Shown piece by piece: positions 1 through 9,968 of a stretch of 32,000 bases of DNA. This stretch comes from Clostridium amylolyticum (lineage in GTDB: Bacteria > Bacillota > Clostridia > Clostridiales > Clostridiaceae): positions 150,868-182,867 of the forward strand of contig NZ_FQZO01000004.1 of NCBI RefSeq assembly GCF_900142075.1, given 5' to 3'. The translations under genes were made by a program, and so were the position numbers. The notes beneath the pieces were generated by a model, which had not been told where the DNA came from, did not search any database, and saw nothing but the letters and a program-made list of their open reading frames with translations. Each line of letters begins with the position of its first letter. Position 1 is the stretch's first letter.

Positions 1-1550
1 CCATCCCAAGCCCATCTTCCAAAAAGGAACATGGAAGCCCAGTTAGCATCTCTTGGATCTTCACAACGGTTAAAGTCATTTGGCTCTACCATAGAAACAG
101 GGATATAGTTTAATGAATATTTCTTCATAGTATCTGATAAAGTGTTATTGACTACCTTTAATAAATCATCATACTGTGCTTTAGCCCATTGAAGTTCTTC
201 TTTTTCCCCTAGCTGCTCACAAATATATCTATAGGATAATAGCCCAAAAAGAGCAGACCAGTTATCTATAGTCCAATGACCAGTAGAGTCTATGGCATAG
301 GTTTGTTTAATTATACCTTTACCATTATCTATTCTATCTTCTTCTATTTTGTGGGTATTAGTTTTTATCACATCAAACTTCTCTTTAATATATTCTATAT
401 CTCCTGTTTTACGAAGATATATTGCAAAAGGCCAGCTGTATTTCCACTTAGCATCATCAAATTGAAGCTTTGCAGGAAGCGTTCCTAATAAGTCCTTAGC
501 CTCTGAAAAATCCCCTAAAGTAAATAGGGTAGCAACAATACCTATGGTATCATGGTCATAAATCTTGTCGTAGCCATTTTCTCCAACGTTTACATTTTTA
601 CCGTCTTTTACGATATGAGTGTAAATATATCCTGCTTTATATGCATTTATTAAACTTTTATTAGGAAGTTTTTCTATCTGTGCAATGGAACTTAATTTTG
701 TATCCCAATAATTTCTCATGTTAGTAAAATGAGTGTCATAGGATCCAGCAGCAGCTATTTCTGCATCGCTTGGCCAAGCATAGTCTTTACCAAATCTATC
801 TGCAGCTATAGCATAATCTCTTACCACAGTTTCACCAGGGTTTATTACAAATTTATCTGACGCTGCTTCATTTAAAGGAATGAGCTCAGGAGACACCACT
901 GGTAATAGCTTTGCTATATTAGATTTATTGGTAACAGTATATCTTGAGTAAGCAACTTCAAAGTCATTGCCATTTAAGTTTACCTTATCAGCAAAACTTT
1001 CAAGTTTAATATCTAATTGATCCTTATTATATTCGTTTACAAAGCATGGAAGATATTCAGAGTGGTTGTACCATTTTATTTTAGTTTCTACATTTGTAAC
1101 TCCAAATCTTACAATTAAATTACTCCTATCCCTTAGTTTATAACTTCCGTCTATATAAGCTATAGGAGCATGCTTATCTCCGTCCCATCCAAAGCTGGAA
1201 ACTAACCCTGGAGAGTTTTTATCGCTATAATCACCAGTGATAACTAAGCTCCTAACAGAAGTTTTTAAGGTTTCATAAGCTTTAACTATAGTATCCTCTG
1301 ATGGGGATGATGCTTTTTGAACTTCCTTAGCATCTGCTAAAGCTTTTTTAAAGTTAGCAATACTTTCTTCAGTATAGCCTTCTACCTTAACAGCTTCTAA
1401 ATCCTTAATAGTATTAGCTAATACTTCAGAATTAATTACCTTTACACCTGCTTGCGGTTCTACTGCAAAAGCAAGTACAGGAGGCACTTGGGTTAAAGCT
1501 ATTATAAAACTTATAATTAATGATAATAGTGCTTTCATTTTTCTTTTCAT
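1..1550 (-). CDS. Secreted carbohydrate-active-enzyme-like protein (partial; 3' end lies beyond the window start)
   Basis: The minus-strand frame is open from the ATG at 1550 to base 1. I checked it by hand at both ends and in the middle. It is absent from the ORF track because it has no stop inside the window. The SD AAAGGAG lies 7 nt upstream of the ATG. The N-terminus MKRKMKALLSLIISFIIALTQVPPVLAFA/VEPQ is a Sec signal peptide. A helical FIVAR-like segment follows (EESIANFKKALADAKEVQ...), then a long globular region. The gene lies directly downstream of the sugar-binding protein of the GH65 locus. The exact enzyme family is not recognisable by eye. Confidence 0.6.
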   Translation of the reverse strand, partial: MKRKMKALLSLIISFIIALTQVPPVLAFAVEPQAGVKVINSEVLANTIKDLEAVKVEGYTEESIANFKKALADAKEVQKASSPSEDTIVKAYETLKTSVRSLVITGDYSDKNSPGLVSSFGWDGDKHAPIAYIDGSYKLRDRSNLIVRFGVTNVETKIKWYNHSEYLPCFVNEYNKDQLDIKLESFADKVNLNGNDFEVAYSRYTVTNKSNIAKLLPVVSPELIPLNEAASDKFVINPGETVVRDYAIAADRFGKDYAWPSDAEIAAAGSYDTHFTNMRNYWDTKLSSIAQIEKLPNKSLINAYKAGYIYTHIVKDGKNVNVGENGYDKIYDHDTIGIVATLFTLGDFSEAKDLLGTLPAKLQFDDAKWKYSWPFAIYLRKTGDIEYIKEKFDVIKTNTHKIEEDRIDNGKGIIKQTYAIDSTGHWTIDNWSALFGLLSYRYICEQLGEKEELQWAKAQYDDLLKVVNNTLSDTMKKYSLNYIPVSMVEPNDFNRCEDPRDANWASMFLFGRWAWD

Positions 1551-1597
1551 GAAACTACTCCTTTAGAATTAAATGTTTTAATTTCTTCGAGTTATAA

Positions 1598-1640
1598 ATA
1601 AATCCCCATTATTCTAATATAAATGGGGATTTATTTTTTA
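1598..1640 (-). terminator. Stem-loop downstream of the SBP gene (possible partial terminator or attenuator)
   Basis: Inverted repeat aaatccccat(1600-1609)/atggggattt(1623-1632), with T-rich flanks on both strands. Only ~45 nt separate it from the next start codon, so read-through into the downstream gene is likely. Confidence 0.45.
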
Positions 1641-1650
1641 ATTTTATTTT

Positions 1651-2958
1651 TTACTTACTTTTAGCTGCAGCTTCTGTCATCTTTTCTGCCATTTTTTCTG
1701 GTGTTATATTACCAAAAGCAAGTTCTGGGTATAGTTTTGCAAACACATCCATAACAGTAGGATTTGAGGTATTATCAAGATTTGAGTATTTGTATTTAGC
1801 ATCTGCGCTAAGTTTAATTAAATCCACTATAAGAGGATTATTCTTTTTATATTCATCGCTCATTTCAACGTTAGCTGTAAGTGGTAATGCGCCACCTTTT
1901 TCCAACATAATCTTTTGAGTAAATGCTCCAGTTTTGAATTTTAAGAATTTCATTGCAGCATCCATCTTAGCTTTATCAGTAGTACATACCATATAACCTA
2001 TTTCATATTGTGAAACCAATCCATTTTCTGGATATAGAGCCACTCCTACTCTTTCTGCTAATCCTGGCTTAGATTTCTCTTTATCTGCGAAATCTGGAGT
2101 CATCCAAGGTCCATTTGCTATAATTGCAGCTTTTTCTTGGTTGAAATTATTTGCTGCATTAGAATACATAGCTCCTATAGCATCCTTTGTAGTGTAATCC
2201 TTAAGCATCTTTTGCATCATGGTAAGACCTTTAATTACAGATGGATTATTATAATCAGCAGGTTTCATAGTATTCATGAATTTATTCCCTGCTTCTCCAT
2301 CAGTACCAATTATTGAAGCCAATAAAAGATTTGATGTCCATGCATTTTCTCCAGTCATCAATGCTAGAGGTGTAAATCCTTTACCCTTAAGCTTTTCATT
2401 GTTGCTCATGAATTCATCCCAAGTCTTTGCTGGTGTAATTCCTGCCTTTTGGAACATATCCTTATTGTAGAAATATCCTATAAGCTGACGAGCATTTGCT
2501 ATGGAGTAAAGCTTTCCATCTCTCATGTTAGCTTTAATAGCTTCTTCGCCTATTTCAGCTTTATACTTTGCATCTTCATTAACCATGGAAAGCAAATCCA
2601 CAGCTTGGCCATTTTTAATAGCTAAGTCTATTATTCCATTTTTACCTTCTACTATGTCTGGTAATTGTTTTGATGCAGCTAAAACTTTCATTTTTTCCAC
2701 ATAAGCTTGGTCACTTGGTAGCTCTTCCACTACTAGTTCAATTTCATCACCATATTGCTTCTTAAAAGCTTCTATGATTTCTTTTTCAGCAGCAGCTGAA
2801 GCATGAGAACCAACTCTATAGGTTGGATATGTTATTTTTACCTTTTCTTTTTTTCCTGAAGCTTGATCTGCAGGTTTTGAACATCCTACTGCTAAACCAG
2901 ACATTATAACTCCGGTAAGCACTAAAGATAATAACTTTTTATATGATTTTCCTTTCAT
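1651..2958 (-). CDS. ABC transporter extracellular solute-binding lipoprotein (carbohydrate, CUT1 type)
   Basis: 435-aa ORF. The N-terminal signal has a lipobox (LAVGC). The SD GGGGGAG lies 6 nt upstream of the ATG. Overall composition resembles family-1 sugar-binding proteins. The gene sits in a locus with MalF/MalG-like permeases. Confidence 0.9.
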   Translation of the reverse strand: MKGKSYKKLLSLVLTGVIMSGLAVGCSKPADQASGKKEKVKITYPTYRVGSHASAAAEKEIIEAFKKQYGDEIELVVEELPSDQAYVEKMKVLAASKQLPDIVEGKNGIIDLAIKNGQAVDLLSMVNEDAKYKAEIGEEAIKANMRDGKLYSIANARQLIGYFYNKDMFQKAGITPAKTWDEFMSNNEKLKGKGFTPLALMTGENAWTSNLLLASIIGTDGEAGNKFMNTMKPADYNNPSVIKGLTMMQKMLKDYTTKDAIGAMYSNAANNFNQEKAAIIANGPWMTPDFADKEKSKPGLAERVGVALYPENGLVSQYEIGYMVCTTDKAKMDAAMKFLKFKTGAFTQKIMLEKGGALPLTANVEMSDEYKKNNPLIVDLIKLSADAKYKYSNLDNTSNPTVMDVFAKLYPELAFGNITPEKMAEKMTEAAAKSK

Positions 2959-2997
2959 ACTGTACTCCCCCTAATGTTTTTTTGTTTGTTGCAAGTT

Positions 2998-3140
2998 CAT
3001 TGTAAACCTTTTAATAACTACCTTGAATACAAAATACTTACCTGTTATTGTATAAATTTTGCTTATTTTCGTAACACAATGAATAGCATAGAACTATAAT
3101 TGCTATTTCTTTTAATATTTTTTCTTTTCTTGTATTTTTT
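2998..3140 (-). promoter_or_regulatory. Promoter/operator region, copy 1 of a duplicated ~145-bp regulatory module (upstream of the SBP gene)
   Basis: About 90% identical to 10868-10937 over the proximal ~70 bp (attgtaaaccttttaa..cttgaat.caaaatacttacctgttattgtat.aattttgcttattt). A second conserved block (taatattttt.cttttcttgta) lies at the same ~115-bp offset. In the sense orientation it contains TACAAT preceded 16 nt upstream by TTACGA. Confidence 0.55.
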
Positions 3141-3163
3141 CTACTTCAAATTGGAATTCTATA

Positions 3164-3246
3164 AACAAAATCAAGTTCTTCTTAGCTTTAAATGAAGTTT
3201 TCTTAAAGGAAATACTTCTCCATGAAAAACTTAGAAGAACTTATAC
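3164..3246 (-). repeat. Dispersed structured repeat, copy A (terminator-like, downstream of the histidine kinase)
   Basis: Arms aagttcttcttag (3173-3185) and cttagaagaactt (3230-3242) form a long imperfect hairpin around an inner ttc-ttaaa-gaa hairpin. In the minus sense it is followed by GATTTTGTTTAT. It is homologous to 17078-17181 and 16458-16558. Confidence 0.6.
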
Positions 3247-3258
3247 TTTGATGTTTTT

Positions 3259-5100
3259 CTACTCGTCAATATCTTCAGGTATTATTACCTTAATATTTGT
3301 TCCTTTATTAATACAGCTGTTTATAATCAATCCATATTTTTCCCCATAGATTAATTTTAATCTTTGATCAGTATTTTTTAATCCTATCTTGTCTCGCTCT
3401 ATATTACGTTTAGTAACGTCATCGTGGGTTTCATTTATAACCTTGTTCACATCAAAACCTATGCCATTATCAATTATCTCAATACAAAGATCCCCTTTTA
3501 CCCTATATACATTAACCTCTAAAGTAAGGTTGTCCACACTATTCTCCACCCCATGTATGATAGCATTTTCTACTATAGGTTCAACCGTAAGCTTTGGAAT
3601 ATATAAATTAAGGATATCCTCCTCTTCAATGTGTATCTTATATTCTAACCTTTCTTCAAATCTTACCTTTTGCAGGTATAAATAAAATTCCACATATTCT
3701 AGTTCCTGCTTTAATGAAATTTTTGCCGTGGAATTTGTATATATTCCTGCTCTCAATAAAGTAGTAAGTGCATTTACCATCTTATAGATATCTTCGTCCT
3801 GGCACATTTTTGCTTTCATTTGAATGGTAAGCAATACATTAAAAAGGAAATGAGGATTCATTTGATATTGTAAGAACTTAATATTCATCTCCTTTATTAA
3901 GAGCTGCTTTTCATAGGTTTCTTTAATAAGATAATTTAACTCCTCCGTCATAGAGTTAACTGCTATGCTAATTTCATCTAAAGATGCATCATTGTATATA
4001 GGCATTTTTGTATCATACTTTTTATTTTTAATATTGTTAATGGAAACTAATAAATCTTTAATGAATTTTGTTGAGCTCATCATAAGCATAACCACTACAC
4101 TGGTTAATACTATTATCAAAAATATTGAAAATACAATGAAATAAGTCATACTTTGAAAAATTTGATTTACTATGTTCTTTCTAGGTATGGTCATAACTAG
4201 GGTTAATCCATTGCTTTCAATTTCTTTAAACCCTGCTATGTAGGCTTTACCATCTATTTTAATCTCATTGATTTTTTTCAAGTCTATCTTTTCAATTATT
4301 TCACTATTAATCTTTTTGCCTAACATATCTTTATTATTGCTAGATAAAATTACCCCCTCTTTATCATAAAGATATATGTTAGCATTGTTATATCTAACAA
4401 GCTCTTGAAATTTATCTGCTATAAGCTTTTCTTTTGTAGCCACAAGAAAGGTAATAGTTTCATTATTATCGTAAGGGTTAATTAACCTTCTCACATGATA
4501 TATGTTATCGTCATATATTGTAGGTGGCACATCAAACACATAACTTGTTGCCCAATCTTTAGTATTATTAAATACCCTATCAGAATTAACTTTAAATTTT
4601 TCTATAGGCATTTCCTTGGTAAATATGTAACTTATACCTTTGTCATTTACATAGGTAGAAACTGTAGATATAAGCTTTAGATTCCATGCGTTATTAAATA
4701 AAAGGCTTCTCCTAAGTTCATCGTCAAAGATAGTTATTTTACCATAAGTATCTTCATTATACTCATTAAGATAATTTGCATCAGCAATCCATTCTTTCAC
4801 CGTGTTGCTAGAAGTTAATCCCAAGGTGGTATACTTAATTATACTAAAGGAATCCTCTAGACTTTTCGAAGTATTACTAATCATCAGGGATATATTAGAA
4901 TAAGTACTTTCTAACATGGAATTATACATTCTGGCATACATAAAGCTTCCAAAGATTGATAATGATATAATGGTACTAGCAAATATATATATTAGTATTT
5001 TATTTCTTACTGACATATCCCTTAAATAGGGTATTTTATTAATGAACTTTCTAATCCTGTATTTAGATTTAGAGTATTTCTTCAAAGGTATCACATCCAA
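3259..5100 (-). CDS. Sensor histidine kinase, YesM-like (HAMP + His_kinase + HATPase_c)
   Basis: 613-aa ORF with two TM segments flanking a ~270-aa extracytoplasmic domain. It has the H-box motif QMNPHFLFN typical of the LytS/YesM family and a C-terminal ATPase domain (NAIIHG, IIDNGIGF). The start is uncertain: 5100 is a TTG without a clear SD, and no in-frame ATG occurs before codon 29. Confidence 0.85.
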   Translation of the reverse strand: MDVIPLKKYSKSKYRIRKFINKIPYLRDMSVRNKILIYIFASTIISLSIFGSFMYARMYNSMLESTYSNISLMISNTSKSLEDSFSIIKYTTLGLTSSNTVKEWIADANYLNEYNEDTYGKITIFDDELRRSLLFNNAWNLKLISTVSTYVNDKGISYIFTKEMPIEKFKVNSDRVFNNTKDWATSYVFDVPPTIYDDNIYHVRRLINPYDNNETITFLVATKEKLIADKFQELVRYNNANIYLYDKEGVILSSNNKDMLGKKINSEIIEKIDLKKINEIKIDGKAYIAGFKEIESNGLTLVMTIPRKNIVNQIFQSMTYFIVFSIFLIIVLTSVVVMLMMSSTKFIKDLLVSINNIKNKKYDTKMPIYNDASLDEISIAVNSMTEELNYLIKETYEKQLLIKEMNIKFLQYQMNPHFLFNVLLTIQMKAKMCQDEDIYKMVNALTTLLRAGIYTNSTAKISLKQELEYVEFYLYLQKVRFEERLEYKIHIEEEDILNLYIPKLTVEPIVENAIIHGVENSVDNLTLEVNVYRVKGDLCIEIIDNGIGFDVNKVINETHDDVTKRNIERDKIGLKNTDQRLKLIYGEKYGLIINSCINKGTNIKVIIPEDIDE

Positions 5101-5130
5101 GATTATATTTTATTTTCATTATTAATGTTC

Positions 5131-6711
5131 TTATTTAGATTTATATTCTTTTGGGCTGCATCCACAATACTTTGTAAAGACATGGGTAAAATAAGCTGGG
5201 TCCTCTATACCAACTTCTATACCTACCTCAAATATCTTTGAAGAGGGCCTTTTTAGCAGTTTTTTTGCTATTTCAATCCTATATCTATTTAAAGCTTCCA
5301 CCAGGGTATCTCCTGTTTCTTTTTTATAGAGTCTACTTAAATAACTATTGTTAACATGCAAATAACCCGCTATGGTATTTAAACTAATATTCTTATTATA
5401 ATTTTCTCTTATATACTTATTTGCTTCTCTAACTATCAAGCTTTTGCTACTTTCGTTATTTTTTGATATATCTAAAATATGTTCAGCTATAAATAAGCTT
5501 ACCTCAAAAATACTTTGCAAGGATTTGCTTTCATTAATTTTCTGGTAAATTATTGTTTCTTGTTCTTTTAAATTATGCTGAACTATATTGTAATTTTCAA
5601 AAGCAGCCAAAGAAGCTGAAAATAACAGTATCATTTTTGTTTTTACCTGCTCTAGGGATAAACTACTATTACTAAAACTTTTAAATATATTTACTAAGGA
5701 TTTTTCTATCTCCTCTAAACTTCCATAGTTCATAAGGCTTTTAAGGTCTTCCACGCTCTCAGAGTTATTTGTAAAAATATCATCCTGTTTTTTATAGGTA
5801 TTCAGATAAAACTTTGCATTACTGGAATAAACCTTTGAAAGAGCCAATAATGCTTCTTTATAAGCTTTTGAAAGATTTTCAACACCTTCATGTTTATCAC
5901 TTATGGAAAACTTAATACTATAGTTAGTAAATTGATTAACCATATTATTAACATCTTTTAATAACATCTCAACCTTAGATACCTGAAGATTAGTATCATT
6001 CCAATATAGAATTATCATCCCTAGGTTTCTGTGCATTTTCACAATATTATATTCATAGTCCTTGAAAACCATATTTATAAAATTATTAATAACCTTTATA
6101 TCTCTATATTCATGGTTATATTCGCTACTAAAAAAACTGGTAAGAAGAGTGGTTTCATAATTTATTACACAGTAGCTCTTATTATGAAGTTTATATTCCT
6201 GCAACTTTTCTTTTATCTCTTCTTTATCTGTTAACATATCTTCTGCTAATTCCGTAAAAAACTTATACTTTAAGTCTTGTTGTTTTTCGTTAAGAATCAT
6301 TCTTAGGACTTCTACGTTATTCTCCTTTTCTCTTTGCTCAATAATAACTTTTTTTACTTTTTCTATAGCCGAAGGCAATTCATCTATGAACTCCGTCTTC
6401 ACCACATATTCAGATACATTATGTTTAATTGCCAGTTGTGCATTATTAAAATCAGAGTAGGCAGTAAGCAAAATAACTTTAGTTTTAGGCATGTTTAACT
6501 TCACATATTCTGCCACCTCTAGTCCATTCATCCCTGGCATTTTTATATCGCAAATTACTATGTCTACCTCATTATTTTTTAAATATTCTACAGCCTCTAA
6601 CCCATTGGCACAGTCCTTTATCACTTCACATTCCATAGAGTTCCAATCAATAATAGATATTATGCCATTTCTTATATGCCTCTCATCATCGACAATTAAT
6701 ATCTTAAACAT
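5131..6711 (-). CDS. Response regulator, YesN-like (REC + AraC-type HTH)
   Basis: Receiver domain (MFKILIVDDE..., ICDIKMPGMNG) with a C-terminal AraC HTH (LNTIAGYLHVNNSYLSRLYKKETG...). I moved the start to the ATG at 6711 because the SD AGGGAGG lies 7 nt upstream. The track start at 6774 adds 21 non-conserved codons. Confidence 0.85.
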   Translation of the reverse strand: MFKILIVDDERHIRNGIISIIDWNSMECEVIKDCANGLEAVEYLKNNEVDIVICDIKMPGMNGLEVAEYVKLNMPKTKVILLTAYSDFNNAQLAIKHNVSEYVVKTEFIDELPSAIEKVKKVIIEQREKENNVEVLRMILNEKQQDLKYKFFTELAEDMLTDKEEIKEKLQEYKLHNKSYCVINYETTLLTSFFSSEYNHEYRDIKVINNFINMVFKDYEYNIVKMHRNLGMIILYWNDTNLQVSKVEMLLKDVNNMVNQFTNYSIKFSISDKHEGVENLSKAYKEALLALSKVYSSNAKFYLNTYKKQDDIFTNNSESVEDLKSLMNYGSLEEIEKSLVNIFKSFSNSSLSLEQVKTKMILLFSASLAAFENYNIVQHNLKEQETIIYQKINESKSLQSIFEVSLFIAEHILDISKNNESSKSLIVREANKYIRENYNKNISLNTIAGYLHVNNSYLSRLYKKETGDTLVEALNRYRIEIAKKLLKRPSSKIFEVGIEVGIEDPAYFTHVFTKYCGCSPKEYKSK

Positions 6712-6811
6712 TTCCATGCCTCCCTTAAAAATTACTACAACGTTTACTATATAGATTATTAAACCTGCATTCACTACATAAACTTACGGCACAAATATTA
6801 TTATGGTTTAT

Positions 6812-6850
6812 AGCAAAACCTCCTACAGTAAAACATTATACTATAGGAGA
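6812..6850 (-). terminator. Putative rho-independent terminator after the GH65 gene
   Basis: In the minus sense the hairpin is CTCCTATAG-12 nt-CTGTAGGAG (8 of 9 positions pair), followed by GTTTTGCTAT. Confidence 0.5.
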
Positions 6851-6887
6851 TTATATTTTTTATATCTATATTTTATTAAAATATGTT

Positions 6888-9113
6888 TTAAATTTCATTT
6901 ATCCTTGTATAATTTTCCATAGCTTCAATCTTATAGGTTTTCCCCTGCCATATAAGCTTAAATTCTACTTTTTTCCATCCTTTAGGTAAAGAGGTTTTTG
7001 TTGATATAAGAGAGGTTTCATTCATGGCAGTATCTATGCCAGCTACACCGGTCATTATAAGCTGCCATAAACATCCACAATTTGCAATGTGTATACCTTC
7101 TTCTGCTCCACCAAGCCTTTCATTAAAATCCAAAGCCAAAGCATAATCCGTAAATTTATCTAAATGCTCTGTATTGTCCACCCAAGATGCTACTATGGCA
7201 TGATTTACTGGTGATAGTGATGAATCATGGGTAGTTATTGGCTCATAATAATTATAAGTATTGGTAATTTGTTCAAGGGTAAACTCTTTTTTAAATAGCA
7301 TGGTAAGAGCCAAAGCATCTGCTTGCTTTAAGCATTTTGAACGATATAACTTTTCTTGGGTAGCAAAGAATCCAAAAGGTTTGGATTTATCCTTCCAAAT
7401 CCCTTGAATATTTATATCCGCATAATCTTCAAAATCTTCACTTTGTAATATATAATTATTTTCTTTATCCATAGGAACAGGTAACTTTTCAGCTATTTCT
7501 TTAAAAAGTTCTAGTTCTTCTTTTGATATAGAAAGCTTATTCCAAAGCTTTTTATAAGCCTCTTCATCTTTACCTTTTATAATTTCTAGACTTTCCATAG
7601 CTTTATTTAAATTAAACTTTACCATTCTATTGGTAAAAGCATTATTTCTTGTCATGGCAGAATATTCATCCGGTCCCATGATGTTTATTAAGTCATAACC
7701 GCCTTCTTTATTCTTGTCCACTCTATCACGCCAAAATCTTGAAGTTTCTATAAGGATTTCTGCGCCATAGTTAATTAAAAAGTCATAGTCCTTTGTGGCA
7801 GAAAAATAATGCCATATCCCATAAGCTATATCTGCTGTTATATGAACTTCATTATCTGCATATTCCCATAAAGAGCACTGCTCATCCCCTCTTAAAGATG
7901 ACTGCCATGGGTACCTAGCTCCATTACAATTATAACTTCTAGCATTTTCCTTAGCCCCTTCTAAAGTATTATATCTATACATTAGTAAGTTTCTGGCAGC
8001 TTTAGGATTGGTATAAATATAGAAAGGCAATAAGAATATCTCAGTATCCCAGAAGTATCTACCGTAGTAAGCCTCTCCTGCAAAACCTTTGGCACAAACA
8101 GCCATACGAGGATCATCTTCATTATTGCTCCTTAAAAGATGATATATAGAAAACCTCATGGAAAGCTGATGTTTATCATTACCTTCTATCTTAACGTCAC
8201 TAATACCCCACTTCTTTTCTAGAACCTTTCTATGCTCTTCATAAAGTTCTTCATAGGATATATTAGCAGCATTAATTAAGTTTAATCCTCTTTCCTTTAA
8301 ATCTCCATCTTCAAGATCCCTATCTGTTAATATAACTGATCGCTTTTCAAACACATAATTTTCTCCAGCACTAACAGCTTTATCTCCTTTATAGAGAATT
8401 TTTTTCTCATCTTTTATTATATTGAAATTTATGTCTTTGGATTGAAGATTGCATAGCTCCATAACTCTATTACCTATGTCAGTTTTACAATCTAAGGTTA
8501 TAATATCTGATATTACATTAGTATTCATTTCAGTAAAATGGTTATAACCATTGGTAGTTACATTACCATCTATTCCTGATTCTAAGGATAACAAAGCTTT
8601 TCCCTCTAATACTTCAGCTTCAATTCGCTGAACAAATAAGTGTTTTTTCTCCATGCTAGCAAATCTTATATATTTTAATTTTATTTTACAGCTATTATCC
8701 TTGGGTATCCAAATAAATTCTCTTATAAGAGTTCCCTCTTTTAAGTTAAGCTCCCTCTTATAATCCACTATGGTAGATTGGTGCATATCTAGTTTTTCAT
8801 CTTGTATACTAAAGGAAAAATCCATAAAGTAAGGTAAGTTTATAATTACTTCATTCAAAGCAGGATGGCTTCCCATTATGGTAGGCACGTAAGTCCCCCA
8901 CTTTGATATAGGATTCCTTTGTATTTCTGTAGTCACACTCTTAAAGCTTCTTTCATAGATGTCTCCCTGACCTGCTCCTTGAAGCCCTTCCTCAAAGCTT
9001 GCTCTAACAGAAAAGTAGCCATTTCCTTGGCAAAATGCACCTTCATAATGTTTGTTTTTATTAATATCAAAATTTTGTTCCTTTATAATCCAATTATTTA
9101 AGTCACTATTCAT
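6888..9113 (-). CDS. Glycoside hydrolase family 65 protein (alpha-glucoside phosphorylase of the kojibiose/nigerose/maltose phosphorylase type)
   Basis: 741-aa ORF with GH65 N-terminal, (alpha/alpha)6 central and C-terminal regions. The motif NIMGPDEYS contains the family general-acid Glu. SD GGAGG lies 7 nt upstream. The substrate cannot be assigned from sequence by eye. Confidence 0.85.
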   Translation of the reverse strand: MNSDLNNWIIKEQNFDINKNKHYEGAFCQGNGYFSVRASFEEGLQGAGQGDIYERSFKSVTTEIQRNPISKWGTYVPTIMGSHPALNEVIINLPYFMDFSFSIQDEKLDMHQSTIVDYKRELNLKEGTLIREFIWIPKDNSCKIKLKYIRFASMEKKHLFVQRIEAEVLEGKALLSLESGIDGNVTTNGYNHFTEMNTNVISDIITLDCKTDIGNRVMELCNLQSKDINFNIIKDEKKILYKGDKAVSAGENYVFEKRSVILTDRDLEDGDLKERGLNLINAANISYEELYEEHRKVLEKKWGISDVKIEGNDKHQLSMRFSIYHLLRSNNEDDPRMAVCAKGFAGEAYYGRYFWDTEIFLLPFYIYTNPKAARNLLMYRYNTLEGAKENARSYNCNGARYPWQSSLRGDEQCSLWEYADNEVHITADIAYGIWHYFSATKDYDFLINYGAEILIETSRFWRDRVDKNKEGGYDLINIMGPDEYSAMTRNNAFTNRMVKFNLNKAMESLEIIKGKDEEAYKKLWNKLSISKEELELFKEIAEKLPVPMDKENNYILQSEDFEDYADINIQGIWKDKSKPFGFFATQEKLYRSKCLKQADALALTMLFKKEFTLEQITNTYNYYEPITTHDSSLSPVNHAIVASWVDNTEHLDKFTDYALALDFNERLGGAEEGIHIANCGCLWQLIMTGVAGIDTAMNETSLISTKTSLPKGWKKVEFKLIWQGKTYKIEAMENYTRINEI

Positions 9114-9130
9114 GGCTTATCCTCCTATGC

Positions 9131-9952
9131 TTATCCCTTTACTGAACCTGCTGCTAATCCGGAAACTACCTGCTCTTGAAGAGCAATATATACTAGTATG
9201 CTTGGTATGGTTACAAGAACTACTGCCGCAAACATAGCACCGTAGTCGCTGGCAAAGGCGCTCTTAAAGTAATATAGAGCCAGTGGAAGTGTCCTTTTGT
9301 TATTACCTGTAGTTAAGGTGAGGGCAAACTGGAACTCATTCCAAGATAATAAAAATTGTAATACTCCAGCAGTAGCAAAAGCTGGTTTAGCTATAGGAAG
9401 AATGATGGTAGAAAAGGTTCTAAAAAATCCTGCTCCATCTAAATATGCCGACTCTTCCAGCTCCTTTGGTATGGTAAGAAAATAGCTCATCATAATAAAT
9501 AAGGTGGTAGGAAGTCCAAAGCCTGCATATACAATTATGAGACCAATCAAACTATCATATAATCCTGCCTTATTTACAGTGATATAAAGAGGTTGAAGAA
9601 GAGCTGCACTTGGTATTAATAAAGCTAGAGAAAACATCAATTTAAAGAATTTCTTACCTTTAAAATTGTGTCTTGCTATAACATATGCTGCCATGCTAAT
9701 AGCAACAAGGTTTAATGCTGTACTACCTATGGCTACTATAATACTATTAACATAGAACCTAGCAAGGGGTGCTATCTTAAAAGCGTTAGAATAGTTAGCT
9801 AACTTAAGACCATTTCCAAATCCTTTAGTGGAAGATAATATGTCCGCATTTCCCTTAAAGGAAGATATTAACACCCATATAAAAGGTCCAATAGAAAATG
9901 CTATAATAACTGTTAAAAATGTTCCTATAAGTATTTTATTTATATACTTCAT
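9131..9952 (-). CDS. Carbohydrate ABC transporter permease (MalG-like)
   Basis: Six-TM protein with an EAA-type loop (ESAYLDGAGFFRTFSTIILPIAKP). I prefer the ATG at 9952, preceded by GGGTGGTG, to the GTG at 9964. Confidence 0.9.
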   Translation of the reverse strand: MKYINKILIGTFLTVIIAFSIGPFIWVLISSFKGNADILSSTKGFGNGLKLANYSNAFKIAPLARFYVNSIIVAIGSTALNLVAISMAAYVIARHNFKGKKFFKLMFSLALLIPSAALLQPLYITVNKAGLYDSLIGLIIVYAGFGLPTTLFIMMSYFLTIPKELEESAYLDGAGFFRTFSTIILPIAKPAFATAGVLQFLLSWNEFQFALTLTTGNNKRTLPLALYYFKSAFASDYGAMFAAVVLVTIPSILVYIALQEQVVSGLAAGSVKG

Positions 9953-9968
9953 CGATTTCACCACCCTT

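Noticed and set aside
276-488. 70-aa plus-strand ORF in the ORF track
   Set aside because: It lies entirely antisense to the long open minus-strand frame (1-1550), which has a signal peptide and an SD. Its composition is low-complexity and Phe/Ile-rich, typical of antisense frames in AT-rich DNA.
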